Below are positions 19,774 through 29,067 of a DNA stretch of 64,000 nt, piece by piece. This DNA is from a virus. Lineage: Duplodnaviria; Caudoviricetes. Every line of letters begins with the position of its first letter. Position 1 is the first letter of the stretch. Below the pieces are notes generated by a model. That model was not told the origin of the DNA. It saw nothing but the letters and a program-made list of their open reading frames with translations, and did not search any database. The stretch lies in the IMG/VR virus record IMGVR_UViG_3300021387_000688; one strand, given 5' to 3'. The translations under genes and the position numbers were made by a program.

Positions 19774-20214
19774 TTAATTTGCTTCCAAAATATTTGCTAA
19801 AGCAACCTTTACATCTGTATGAGTTTCTTCTGTTTTCAAAGAAGCTTCTCTTTCAGCAGATTTTGCAGAAGAAGCCCAAACCAAAATTTTATCAACTTCT
19901 AACATATAGTATCCTTGATCAGGTTCGTTATAATAGAAGGTAACTTCATATAATTTCATTGACTTGAAATAACCATCACTGTCATCGCAAGGACCGTAGC
20001 AATTTTCAAACTGCTTTTTATTTCTTGAAGATACAAGGCTAAATACTTTTGGACCATCTCCAAATTCATTTCCGTAGCCTTCAAAGCCGTTAACTACGAT
20101 ATCTGAAACACCATCTGCATCGGCCTGGACCATTACAACTGCATCTCCATAGCCATCTGCAATTGCTTTTTCGCAAAGCTCTTTCAATTTGTTTACTGTC
20201 ATTTCTTTTGACAT
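19774..20214 (-). CDS. Hypothetical protein
   Basis: AAGGAG RBS; MTVNKL...GYGDA phage-type motif. Confidence 0.8.
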   Translation of the reverse strand: MSKEMTVNKLKELCEKAIADGYGDAVVMVQADADGVSDIVVNGFEGYGNEFGDGPKVFSLVSSRNKKQFENCYGPCDDSDGYFKSMKLYEVTFYYNEPDQGYYMLEVDKILVWASSAKSAEREASLKTEETHTDVKVALANILEAN

Positions 20215-20226
20215 GCTGGTATCTCC

Positions 20227-20796
20227 TTATGGTTCAATTCCTATATAAAAATAGAAATCTTCCCATTGATAAATATCTTCAGGCTCTTCTTCATTCACCT
20301 TCCAAATAAGGTGAATGTGTCTAGTTCCATCGTCTGTAATTTTAATACTTCTGGATTTTGGATCGTCTCCATCATATTCCATTTTATAAGAATTGATTGT
20401 TTCGATTAACCAATCTATCTGGGTTTCAAAAAGCTTTGTAGGTTTTAATGAAAAATGCATTAAGAACTGTAAGATATCCTCGCCTACGTTGTAAAAGGTT
20501 TCTTCCGGATTCCAATTCTCTTCTACATATTTCCAAACATCGTAAAAAGGGTTGTCAGAAGAAACTACAGGTTTTGTAAATTGTTTCTTGCGGAAATCGG
20601 CTTCCGCTTCATCCTGGCACTTCTTTTCATAAGCTTCATATTCAGGACACAATCCCTTATCTGTAATGAAACCCACTCTACAGAGATAAGATGAACCATA
20701 ATTGTTAATATTGTGAGCTACAAATTCTTTACATTCGTGAGTCAATCCATGCTCTTCAATAAATTCATCTGCAATTACTAAAGGAGATTTCGACAT
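20227..20796 (-). CDS. Hypothetical protein
   Basis: TAATG-coupled ORF. Confidence 0.8.
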   Translation of the reverse strand: MSKSPLVIADEFIEEHGLTHECKEFVAHNINNYGSSYLCRVGFITDKGLCPEYEAYEKKCQDEAEADFRKKQFTKPVVSSDNPFYDVWKYVEENWNPEETFYNVGEDILQFLMHFSLKPTKLFETQIDWLIETINSYKMEYDGDDPKSRSIKITDDGTRHIHLIWKVNEEEPEDIYQWEDFYFYIGIEP

Positions 20797-21305
20797 TAAC
20801 GACCTCTATTCAAAGACATTTCATAGTCCATTTTAGCTTCGAAAGCTCTCTGTTCCTGTTCAGCTTCCAAACGTGCAAATTCATTTTTATATTCGATCCA
20901 ACGACGTTCATCAGCTTCTGTCCAAACTGGCTTTTCTTCCTGTTTGCCAACCAGTTTTGAATTAACGTAACGTCCGTTTACTTTAACCATGATTCCTTTT
21001 TCAATTGACTGGCGTACAAGCTGGCGTGCATATCTTGGCATTCTCTTATAAGCATAAGCCAACTGTTTTGGTGAAAGGTGATAACCTTTTCTTGAATTAA
21101 GCTGCTGTGCAAAACTTGAAAGCATATAAGCATCACAAGGTGCAAAACCTTCTTCGTTGTAATTACGAACATCTTTATTACGCTGTTCATCTCTTGTCTG
21201 ATATTCATAGATACGGCGTAAACCAAATTCTACCCATTTAGGATCTGTAGCGAGTTTGATTTTCCAGTCTGAAATAATTGATTCAATGCTTGTATATGAT
21301 TCCAT
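20796..21305 (-). CDS. Conserved phage protein
   Basis: YEYQTRDEQ...GF..CDA..LSSFA...LSPKQ...YARQL. Confidence 0.75.
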   Translation of the reverse strand: MESYTSIESIISDWKIKLATDPKWVEFGLRRIYEYQTRDEQRNKDVRNYNEEGFAPCDAYMLSSFAQQLNSRKGYHLSPKQLAYAYKRMPRYARQLVRQSIEKGIMVKVNGRYVNSKLVGKQEEKPVWTEADERRWIEYKNEFARLEAEQEQRAFEAKMDYEMSLNRGR

Positions 21306-21323
21306 AACTTGTACCTCACTAAT

Positions 21324-21358
21324 AATATAGCAAGATTCGGATTCCGGAATTTCTAAAA
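21324..21358 (-). promoter_or_regulatory. Early-type promoter
   Basis: TTTTAGAAA-N20-TATATT. Confidence 0.8.
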
Positions 21359-21366
21359 AGGCAAAG

Positions 21367-21392
21367 AAAAAGTCCTCTTTTTGAGGACTTTT
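21367..21392. terminator. Intrinsic terminator
   Basis: AAAAAGTCCTC-TTTTT-GAGGACTTTT. Confidence 0.85.
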
Positions 21393-21410
21393 AATAGAAA
21401 GTATTTTAAA

Positions 21411-22058
21411 TTATTTTTCCACGCGTTTTCTAGTTATACTTTTTCTGGAGTTATTTCTATCTATCTTGGCTTCATCCAAATCTTCGTCATCTTCGTCATC
21501 TTCATTCCAAGATTCTACATAAGCATCAAGATCTGCTTTAGCGGCCTTGAAAAGTTTTTTATTACCTTTTACATAATCTATGAAGTCAGAATCGTCTTCA
21601 AAATCATCCTCATCATAAGAATCCCAATAAGGATCATTTTCATCAAAGTTATCTGTAAAGGCGCAACAACAACCATCCTTGAAGTCTGTGTCTCCCCAAA
21701 GATCTGTATCTCCATAATATTCACCCCATCCCAATTCCTCTGCATCATTAATACCTACTAAACGATCCCATACGGCTTGAGCTTTAGGCGGCCAATCTTT
21801 ATCTTCTTTTAAAGATTTCTTAGATTCAACTAATCCGCGTTTTCTGTAAATATAATCCAAAGCCGTTCCTGGAGTTGGTTTCCAAGTTGCAGCAACTTCT
21901 GCATCATCCTCTCCTTCTTCCTCTTCATAACCTGAAGCATCTTCAGTAACGCAAGGTCCCAAAGCTACATCGGCAAGTACATCATCTACTCTACCTCTAA
22001 TTTCGGCTTCATCGTCGTTAGCTCCGATTTTAACCAATACTGTTAAATACTTAATCAT
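21411..22058 (-). CDS. Acidic two-module protein with ESKKSLKE linker
   Basis: GLVESKKSLKE-D between acidic modules. Confidence 0.65.
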   Translation of the reverse strand: MIKYLTVLVKIGANDDEAEIRGRVDDVLADVALGPCVTEDASGYEEEEGEDDAEVAATWKPTPGTALDYIYRKRGLVESKKSLKEDKDWPPKAQAVWDRLVGINDAEELGWGEYYGDTDLWGDTDFKDGCCCAFTDNFDENDPYWDSYDEDDFEDDSDFIDYVKGNKKLFKAAKADLDAYVESWNEDDEDDEDLDEAKIDRNNSRKSITRKRVEK

Positions 22059-22227
22059 TTTCTATCTCCTTATTTGTAGACATTCTAAATGCGGTATAAG
22101 ATTCTGCTCTAGAATCGAAGAAATGAAAAATACCTGCATATTTATTGCAAATTAAATATCTTGAAGGTGTTTTCCATAATTCCAATTGAGTCGTAAAATC
22201 TTTATAAATTAAACTCCAACCACGCAT
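22051..22227 (-). CDS. Small hypothetical protein (58 aa, not in ORF track)
   Basis: MRGWSLIYKDF...KEIEND; stop overlaps next start; ACTATATT motif at 22234-22241. Confidence 0.6.
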   Translation of the reverse strand: MRGWSLIYKDFTTQLELWKTPSRYLICNKYAGIFHFFDSRAESYTAFRMSTNKEIEND

Positions 22228-22312
22228 AATATAAATATAGTCTAAAAGATGCGCTGTTTCAGTCTAATGATACTAATTTTATTAAAATTGACCTATAAGG
22301 AGACGTCAAGTT

Positions 22313-23329
22313 ATGAATAACGATATTACAGATTTTTCACCTAGAAAGTCAGGTGAAGTTAACAAGAACAAATCTCTCTATGAAAGTGCTTTAGCAGATG
22401 CAGATAAACAAATCTACTCTTTTAGAGAGGCCCGTAAGATGAAGGATTTAGGAAATGTTTCTTTTAAGAAAACTCATAACCCTTCTGATTTCTTAGATCC
22501 AAAAGCAATGGCAAAAAGAAACGCTGCAAGATTTAATGAAAACACAAATGCAACCTCTGAGTTGGCACGTCTTCAGGAAACATTGATGTATGGTGCAACT
22601 GAAGAAGATTTGGAAAAAGAAGTACAGGGAAGCTTCGGAAGAGAATTATGTGAACTTTTGATCAACCATGGTATCACAGGTGAAGCCGTAGAAGATGCTC
22701 TTAAATGTTTTGAAGACATTATTGGTAAAGAACCAAACGTACAGGAATTGTTAGATAACTGGCAAGGTGGAGACGATGACGATGACGGTTATGTAGACGA
22801 TGACGGCGAAGATTATTCAGATGAAGACTATTCTGAAGATGATGATAGTGGAGATGACGAAGACTATTCAGATGAAGGTGAAGATGAAGGCGGCGAAGAA
22901 GAATCTGATGAGGGAGAAGAAGTTCAGGAATCAGTTAAATATGAATCTATAATCAGATCTCTCAGAAAGAAGATTGCTGAAAACAAAATTAAAAATAAGG
23001 CAGCTTTGAAAGAAGCAGAATTCGAAGACGATTATGATGAAGAGGAAGAACTTACACCAGCTCAGATTCGTGCTATCGTTAGAAAATATCCAGCATTAGT
23101 AGCTCCAGAATTTGGCGGAATGCGTGCAGGTGAAACTAGAACCCTTAGGGACGGAACTGTAGTAAAAGCTACTAGAGATGGTACAATGACTCCTCAAGAA
23201 GTATATGCAGCTGAACAGAGAAAGAAGGCAAGCTTAAGAGACCCAGCTTTGAAGTCTTATGAATGGATGGCTGGAAAAGGAAGAGACATCAACTCACGCG
23301 GATATCGTGACGATGCTTTCTTGAGATAA
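22313..23329 (+). CDS. Putative prohead core/internal protein
   Basis: Many hydrophobic-x-E sites (LYE, FRE, FNE, LQE, VQE, IAE, LKE); long D/E tract; ACTAATTT at 22272-22279. Confidence 0.5.
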   Translation: MNNDITDFSPRKSGEVNKNKSLYESALADADKQIYSFREARKMKDLGNVSFKKTHNPSDFLDPKAMAKRNAARFNENTNATSELARLQETLMYGATEEDLEKEVQGSFGRELCELLINHGITGEAVEDALKCFEDIIGKEPNVQELLDNWQGGDDDDDGYVDDDGEDYSDEDYSEDDDSGDDEDYSDEGEDEGGEEESDEGEEVQESVKYESIIRSLRKKIAENKIKNKAALKEAEFEDDYDEEEELTPAQIRAIVRKYPALVAPEFGGMRAGETRTLRDGTVVKATRDGTMTPQEVYAAEQRKKASLRDPALKSYEWMAGKGRDINSRGYRDDAFLR

Positions 23330-23347
23330 TTAAAAAGGAGATGTAGA

Positions 23348-23818
23348 ATGGGAAATCGTAATATCTTTGATGTGGGTAACGACCCATTCGACTTAGATCT
23401 TTTTCAAGAGAATAGAGTAGATTCTTATAACGAAATGGTAAATGAGTTGTCAGAATCTATCTCTCTTGATGAGAAAAGGCTTTCAGATTCTACTGAAGAA
23501 GAGCATTTCATAGACAGGTCGAAAACAGGTAACCCAATGCAACCTAGAGTTAAAATCGATAGGAAGAGGGGAACTTGGAAGGATTATAGTAAGAAGCCAA
23601 AGAACCTCCGTAATAGAAGAAATGGCAAAGAGGTCGAAGATAAAAGAGAGTTTTATGACAAAGACATGTCTCCTGAATGGGCTAAAGCATTCAATGATTT
23701 GATCAACAACTCTACTAAGAATCCTGGCGGAAACAGCGGATATGATTGCAAAGCACTTATATCTAATGAAAAGAAACGTTGGGGTAAAGTTTACGGACCT
23801 GATGGTAAATTACTTTAA
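23348..23818 (+). CDS. Hypothetical protein, acidic N-half and basic C-half
   Basis: AAGGAG RBS; FQE, VNE, LSE, LDE sites before a basic region. Confidence 0.7.
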   Translation: MGNRNIFDVGNDPFDLDLFQENRVDSYNEMVNELSESISLDEKRLSDSTEEEHFIDRSKTGNPMQPRVKIDRKRGTWKDYSKKPKNLRNRRNGKEVEDKREFYDKDMSPEWAKAFNDLINNSTKNPGGNSGYDCKALISNEKKRWGKVYGPDGKLL

Positions 23819-23829
23819 TTAAAAAAATT

Positions 23830-23855
23830 AAAGCCTCTCTCACGAGAGGCTTTTT
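23830..23855. terminator. Bidirectional terminator
   Basis: AAAGCCTCTC-TCAC-GAGAGGCTTTTT. Confidence 0.85.
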
Positions 23856-23872
23856 CTTTGCGCTTTTAATTT

Positions 23873-24973
23873 TTAAGCTTTGCAAAGGATGCGAGGGATA
23901 ATTTCACCCATCTTGGCAATTCTGATTTTGTCTCCGATTCGGATTCCATGATTGTTAATGATGTTCAAGTTACAAAGATTAGCTCTTGTAACAGTTGTAC
24001 CATCCAATTCAACTGGTTCGATGATTCCTACTGGAGTCAAAGAAGCTCCTGACATAGACCAGTCAATTCCAATTAATGTAGATTCAGCAATCATCAAATC
24101 GAACTTAAGTGCGGTTGCATTTTTCTGAACCTTTTCCAACTGATCTTTGTAATCCATTCTGTTTTCAAAGATTACAATTCCGTCGATTGCAAAGTCTTCT
24201 TCCTCTGTACCACGTACTTTAGAAAGTGTTTCGCGGAACTTAAGAATTTCATCAATGTTCTTGCAAACTTTATGTTCTGGAAGTGTAAAGCCGCATTCCT
24301 TCAAGAAATCAAACATTTCTGATTTTGTAGCAAATTCAACTCCACGAACGTCGTAAGCAAAGAACTGCATGTACTGAAGAGCATCGATTTCTTCATCTGT
24401 ATACTCTTCAAACTTCTTATTCATCAAACCTGAACCTGCGTTTCTTGGATTCTTTTTATCTTCGAAACATTTATGAGATTTGAAAGCCTTGTTACCAAGT
24501 TCAAATTCTCCACGAACCTGCATTGTCAAGTTATTTGGAACTGTCTTTGGGAATTTAAGATACTGAGCAATCTTGAGTTTATCGAAACCCGTATAACCAT
24601 TTCCGCGAGAAATAAGATGTGCAAGTTTACCATTTTCATACTGAACTTCGAAACCAGCGCCATCCATTTTAGAACTTACATCATATTCTTTATAAGGATG
24701 TCTACGAATCCAATCTTTGAAAGCTTCTACAGTCATGCACTTATCAAGTGTACCTGTAACAAGCTTATGATCCATTTTTGCATAACCTGCAGCTGAAGCA
24801 ACTTCTTCGTCTTCATCACCTGCCATTCCTGCAATCAAAGGATTCTCAGGATCAAGTACACGAAGCTCTTCGATCATTGCATCGTAAGCTTTATCGCTGA
24901 TCAATTCTTTTCCACTGTAATATGCATCTGCATAGTATTTAATCTGGTTTATAAGTTCTTCTGTTCTATTCAT
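23873..24973 (-). CDS. ligA: NAD+-dependent DNA ligase, adenylation + OB domains only
   Basis: AYY..ISDKAYD (Ia), KMDG, SRGNG, VRGE, NPRNAGSG, DGIV, ALKF, TPV..IEPVELDG, GEIIP. Confidence 0.9.
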   Translation of the reverse strand: MNRTEELINQIKYYADAYYSGKELISDKAYDAMIEELRVLDPENPLIAGMAGDEDEEVASAAGYAKMDHKLVTGTLDKCMTVEAFKDWIRRHPYKEYDVSSKMDGAGFEVQYENGKLAHLISRGNGYTGFDKLKIAQYLKFPKTVPNNLTMQVRGEFELGNKAFKSHKCFEDKKNPRNAGSGLMNKKFEEYTDEEIDALQYMQFFAYDVRGVEFATKSEMFDFLKECGFTLPEHKVCKNIDEILKFRETLSKVRGTEEEDFAIDGIVIFENRMDYKDQLEKVQKNATALKFDLMIAESTLIGIDWSMSGASLTPVGIIEPVELDGTTVTRANLCNLNIINNHGIRIGDKIRIAKMGEIIPRILCKA

Positions 24974-24979
24974 GTTAAT

Positions 24980-25014
24980 AATATAGCAAAATTAGGATAC
25001 TTCATTTACTAAAA
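24980..25014 (-). promoter_or_regulatory. Early-type promoter, leaderless
   Basis: TTTTAGTAA-N20-TATATT-N6-ATG. Confidence 0.8.
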
Positions 25015-25276
25015 ATAAAACATTTTTTACAATTTCTGAAACCAATTCTTTTGTAGTAAAGGTAGGGTCGTTAAAACCTAACTTAATTTCTTCTATTGTT
25101 TCAGGGGTTTTGAGATTAATTTTAAGTAAGATTAATTCTCTCTTCTTTTTAACTTTAGCAATATACTTGAATGTGCCTTCTTTAAAAGGTAGAACTTTAG
25201 TTTGCAATCTTGCAGATGCTAAAGATGACGCGATTTTTACTGCTTGATATAAGTCGTTTCTGTCAATTCTGTTCAT
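24992..25276 (-). CDS. Hypothetical basic protein
   Basis: 94-aa ORF filling the gap. Confidence 0.6.
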   Translation of the reverse strand: MNRIDRNDLYQAVKIASSLASARLQTKVLPFKEGTFKYIAKVKKKRELILLKINLKTPETIEEIKLGFNDPTFTTKELVSEIVKNVLFLVNEVS

Positions 25277-25279
25277 AGT

Positions 25280-25298
25280 TACTATATAATATATTATA
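25280..25298. promoter_or_regulatory. 19-bp element with palindromic core, late-type promoter
   Basis: TACTATATAATATATTATA, identical copy at 37460-37478. Confidence 0.7.
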
Positions 25299-25311
25299 GG
25301 AGACGCCCCAA

Positions 25312-27075
25312 TTGAAATTACTAAAAGAATCTAATAACATCCAATCAAAAGAATTCGGTGACTGGGCAGTAGTGTTTTGGAAGAAAGGTTCTAAAACATT
25401 ATCTATTGCTCAAAATCAAGGGGATCCAGGTGCAACAGATTTTTGGATGGTAGGAACAACTACTAGACAATTTGATTATGAAAGTGGCTGGCTTCCAAAC
25501 AAAGAATGGTCAACTGCAATCAAAGGTCATTTCCCAAAAGATAAAGCAATTCAAATGGCGAAAGAGCAAGCAATGAAAGGATTAAAAGAAAGCCATATAA
25601 ATATCCCTAATAAATTCTCACTAAGTTTAAAAGAGTCTGCCGGCTTTGTGAAAAATGAAAATGTTTACGACTTTACAAACTTAGATGAGGATGAGAATAC
25701 TTTCAACACTATCATTAAAGAGTTTAATTTGAGGGAACTTTCTAGGGAAGAAATAGAGTCCCTAGGATTAGATATAAGTGTTCAAAATTCTGTAGTGGGT
25801 GTTTATGGTAGTTATGTTTCAGGAAATGGTATACCTGATGTAGTTGTATACGACTTTGAAATTTCCGACAGACAAAGACCTTATAAGTACACAATCAATG
25901 TAGTACAGATACAGGAACATGACAGGGCAGAGAAATATTTTTATATAATTTCTTCAAGATTATCTCAAATATTAGATGATCAATCAAGAGGATTAAAAGA
26001 AGGTTGCCTCGATCATATAAAAGATAAATGGCAATCAGAATTAGATAAAGGGGTTAAACCAAAAATTTTAATGGACCCTTGGGCTGTTTGTGAAGGAATG
26101 AAATGGTTAGGAAAAGATGGTTGGATTAGAGTAGAGGAAGTATTAACTCCAACAGAATACGAAGAACCTTATCCTGATTTTTATATGGAAATCTTCGACC
26201 AACATACTTGTGCAATCTCCCACGATATTTATACAATAAATGAAATTAATTCTTACGTTAGAAACACAAAGGCAAGATTGGTAAACAAGGGTATAAAGGA
26301 GAATAAAATGAAAAACTTAAAAGAAAGTGTAGAAGAAAGATATAAAATAGATATCTCCCCTATCCAAGGCAGTGGGGAAGAAATGTTATCTTTCCAAGAA
26401 ATGGTAGGTGAAGTACTTGAGAATATGGGGGGCATAGATAACATCGTAGAAATTGATGAAGAGTTCTTCGAAAGGAAATATCAATATTACTTAAAAAGTC
26501 ATCCTCGCAAAGAACATGGAGGTTGTAGATATGAAGATGATGAAGCCTGGATGCTTGCAATGAAATCTACTTTGAACAACGACCTTTCAATGTTGAACGA
26601 TGATATGGTTTACGATTATTACATGAGTGGCCGTTATAATGAAAGAAGCGATGAGTATAAAGCTATTTGGGATAAGTGCGTTCACGAAATCGAAAAGAAA
26701 GACCCAGACGATGGAAGTAGGTTCTACGATAGGTGGGATTTCACAACTCCAAGAGTAAACGAATCTAAAAAAGTAAGTAAGAAAAAAGTTCAGGAATCAA
26801 GAAAACCTTTCACTCCGGATATTCCTAATAACTTGTTAGAAATCCAAAACAATATGGAAGATGTGTTCACTATACATAGTTTATCAATAGCTGCAAGTGA
26901 ATCTGCAAATGGACTTGCAAAAGATATTCTTACATTAACAGGAACTAAAGTAGGGGAGTTGTTATTTACACCTGCAGGTTACTACATGGCAGGACCTCGT
27001 GAAGATATTTACTGGGAAGGTTCTACTTTAGAAGAATTCGAAGCTGACGTAACAGATTTAGCATATACATTGTAA
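25312..27075 (+). CDS. Putative virion polyprotein (about 5 modules)
   Basis: TTG start, AGGAG RBS; LLKES, GLKES, SLKES, GLKEG, IKENKMKNLKES, VNESKKVSKKKVQES. Confidence 0.65.
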   Translation: MKLLKESNNIQSKEFGDWAVVFWKKGSKTLSIAQNQGDPGATDFWMVGTTTRQFDYESGWLPNKEWSTAIKGHFPKDKAIQMAKEQAMKGLKESHINIPNKFSLSLKESAGFVKNENVYDFTNLDEDENTFNTIIKEFNLRELSREEIESLGLDISVQNSVVGVYGSYVSGNGIPDVVVYDFEISDRQRPYKYTINVVQIQEHDRAEKYFYIISSRLSQILDDQSRGLKEGCLDHIKDKWQSELDKGVKPKILMDPWAVCEGMKWLGKDGWIRVEEVLTPTEYEEPYPDFYMEIFDQHTCAISHDIYTINEINSYVRNTKARLVNKGIKENKMKNLKESVEERYKIDISPIQGSGEEMLSFQEMVGEVLENMGGIDNIVEIDEEFFERKYQYYLKSHPRKEHGGCRYEDDEAWMLAMKSTLNNDLSMLNDDMVYDYYMSGRYNERSDEYKAIWDKCVHEIEKKDPDDGSRFYDRWDFTTPRVNESKKVSKKKVQESRKPFTPDIPNNLLEIQNNMEDVFTIHSLSIAASESANGLAKDILTLTGTKVGELLFTPAGYYMAGPREDIYWEGSTLEEFEADVTDLAYTL

Positions 27076-27086
27076 GGAGCAGAAAG

Positions 27087-27938
27087 ATGAAAAGAAACTT
27101 AAAAGAAGATGACGGTGGAAAGATGGAATATCTAAAAGCATTGGAAGATGCTTTGGAAGCAGAAAACTATCTCTGCACTTATAACGACAAAAAGTTAATA
27201 GTAGATACAGACTTGGGAATGTTCGATATCGATTATGTTCCTGGAGAATGGGTTTATGTAATTCATTTCTCTGGTCCAAATAAAGAGTTTACAAAATACA
27301 AAAAGTATACTGATGACGTAGTAGAACTCATTGTAAATGTTGTAGAAGATCAATTAGATGATTGGAGTACAGAGCATTATATAGAATCTAAGAAGCCAAT
27401 TAAAAAGGGTATTAAAGAAGACCGTAGCTTAGGTCGTACACCTAAACCTTATAAAGCAGTTGAAAGGGGTACTACTGTTTTAGAACGTGACGGGGAACCA
27501 TGGACTGTAATCGAAAAAGGTACAGTAAGTGAATTAAATGAAAAATATCCAGAATGTCAAATATATGAGCGCCCTTACTATGATGCAGTATATGTAGGAG
27601 ATAATATATGTCAGTATGGGCATGAGGATAGAGGAAAGCATATATTCGTTTACGGTGAGCACGATGATGTCTATAATAATGTACTTGCTTATTATGATGA
27701 TGGACCTTCTCGTTCGTGGAGTGTTTATATGAGAGAATCTAGAAACTTAAAAGAAGGTGATGTAGAAGACGGGTGGTGTTTTATTTTCGGATCTGGAAAC
27801 TATAGTGTATATCAAAGAGGGGCCAATGAATATAAAGTAGAATGGAGTGACGGAGTTTGTTCTATTGAACCGATCCTTTGTAGCTCTGAAGAAGAAGCTA
27901 AACAAATCGTCGAGGAGTTACAGGATGCAGAAAAATAA
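27087..27938 (+). CDS. Putative virion polyprotein (3 modules)
   Basis: MKRNLKE, IESKKPIKKGIKE, MRESRNLKE. Confidence 0.65.
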   Translation: MKRNLKEDDGGKMEYLKALEDALEAENYLCTYNDKKLIVDTDLGMFDIDYVPGEWVYVIHFSGPNKEFTKYKKYTDDVVELIVNVVEDQLDDWSTEHYIESKKPIKKGIKEDRSLGRTPKPYKAVERGTTVLERDGEPWTVIEKGTVSELNEKYPECQIYERPYYDAVYVGDNICQYGHEDRGKHIFVYGEHDDVYNNVLAYYDDGPSRSWSVYMRESRNLKEGDVEDGWCFIFGSGNYSVYQRGANEYKVEWSDGVCSIEPILCSSEEEAKQIVEELQDAEK

Positions 27939-29058
27939 AAAAGAAAGTACTTTAGACTTGTTTGGACAGAATGCTAAAGTACATAAAGATAAAAATTGGA
28001 GACCGGACCTTATGAAGAAACAAATTAAAGAAAGAAGGATGCCTTATAGCGAAATACCTCAAGTAGAAGATTATATAGGTACCGCAAGAGCTAAAGGATT
28101 TGAATGTATTGAGGGTTCTTTAGTTAGTAAAGCTAAAGAAGTATTTACTCCCGTAATTATGAAGTTTAATGGAAATGTAGAAGCCAGGCTTAGAATATTC
28201 AGTCAAGGTAACTATACAATCTTTACAGACAAAGGTGGATGGGAAGGATTAGATTTAGAAGAGTTTGAAAAGGATTTGGACGACCTTCGTTCTTTATATG
28301 AAAGTGTTTCTAAAAAATCTAATAGAATTAAAGAATCTACAGCAGAAGACGATGCAGCTTTTAAAGAAGCAAAATCTTATATTAAAAAATCTTATCAAAA
28401 ATACGTACATAAGCTTTCAATAAGAAATGGTAAAGTAGATGCATTATCTCTTCAAAATTTCTTGTCAAGTCAAATAGGAAGAAAATTAAACTTCCATACA
28501 GCTAGTGGTAAAATGTTCTGGGAACTTTCAGAAGAAGAAGCTAATATTGAAGACGTAAATGTTACTCTCAATGCTTATGATATTCGTACAGATCTTTATG
28601 GAAGAAACTATGATAAAGTTAGAATCTATATCAACCAAGGTTCAAATTTAAAGAAAATTGATACTTCTTGTTGGAATAAAAATGTAAGGGCTTATAGGGC
28701 TGGGGTTGAGCAAAATGCAGATCCTATTGCAGTAGAACTTTCAAATATAATTATGCCACTTTGGAACAAAACAAAGTTCCCAGGAATACAAAGTGGAGAG
28801 ATTTACAAATCAGCTATTATGAAAACAAAGCCAGGAACTCCTAATACTATTGGTAGCACTTTAGATTTGGATAGAGTCGAAGCTTTGGGTAATATGTTGA
28901 AAAGGGAAAGCCGTGTTAATAATGTAGTTGTAGAGCCTACTAATGATATTGCAAAGAGAGTTAGAATTACTTTCGAATATGATTACCATGAAGTAGAAAT
29001 CTTGGCAATGGTTGCACAATTCGTTTGTCAAGTTGAATTAAGCATAGATTGTAAATAG
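27925..29058 (+). CDS. Putative virion polyprotein (2-3 modules)
   Basis: Start moved to MQKNKKES (GAGGAG RBS); MKKQIKE, LYESVSKKSNRIKES. Confidence 0.65.
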   Translation: MQKNKKESTLDLFGQNAKVHKDKNWRPDLMKKQIKERRMPYSEIPQVEDYIGTARAKGFECIEGSLVSKAKEVFTPVIMKFNGNVEARLRIFSQGNYTIFTDKGGWEGLDLEEFEKDLDDLRSLYESVSKKSNRIKESTAEDDAAFKEAKSYIKKSYQKYVHKLSIRNGKVDALSLQNFLSSQIGRKLNFHTASGKMFWELSEEEANIEDVNVTLNAYDIRTDLYGRNYDKVRIYINQGSNLKKIDTSCWNKNVRAYRAGVEQNADPIAVELSNIIMPLWNKTKFPGIQSGEIYKSAIMKTKPGTPNTIGSTLDLDRVEALGNMLKRESRVNNVVVEPTNDIAKRVRITFEYDYHEVEILAMVAQFVCQVELSIDCK

Positions 29059-29067
29059 GGGTTCAGA

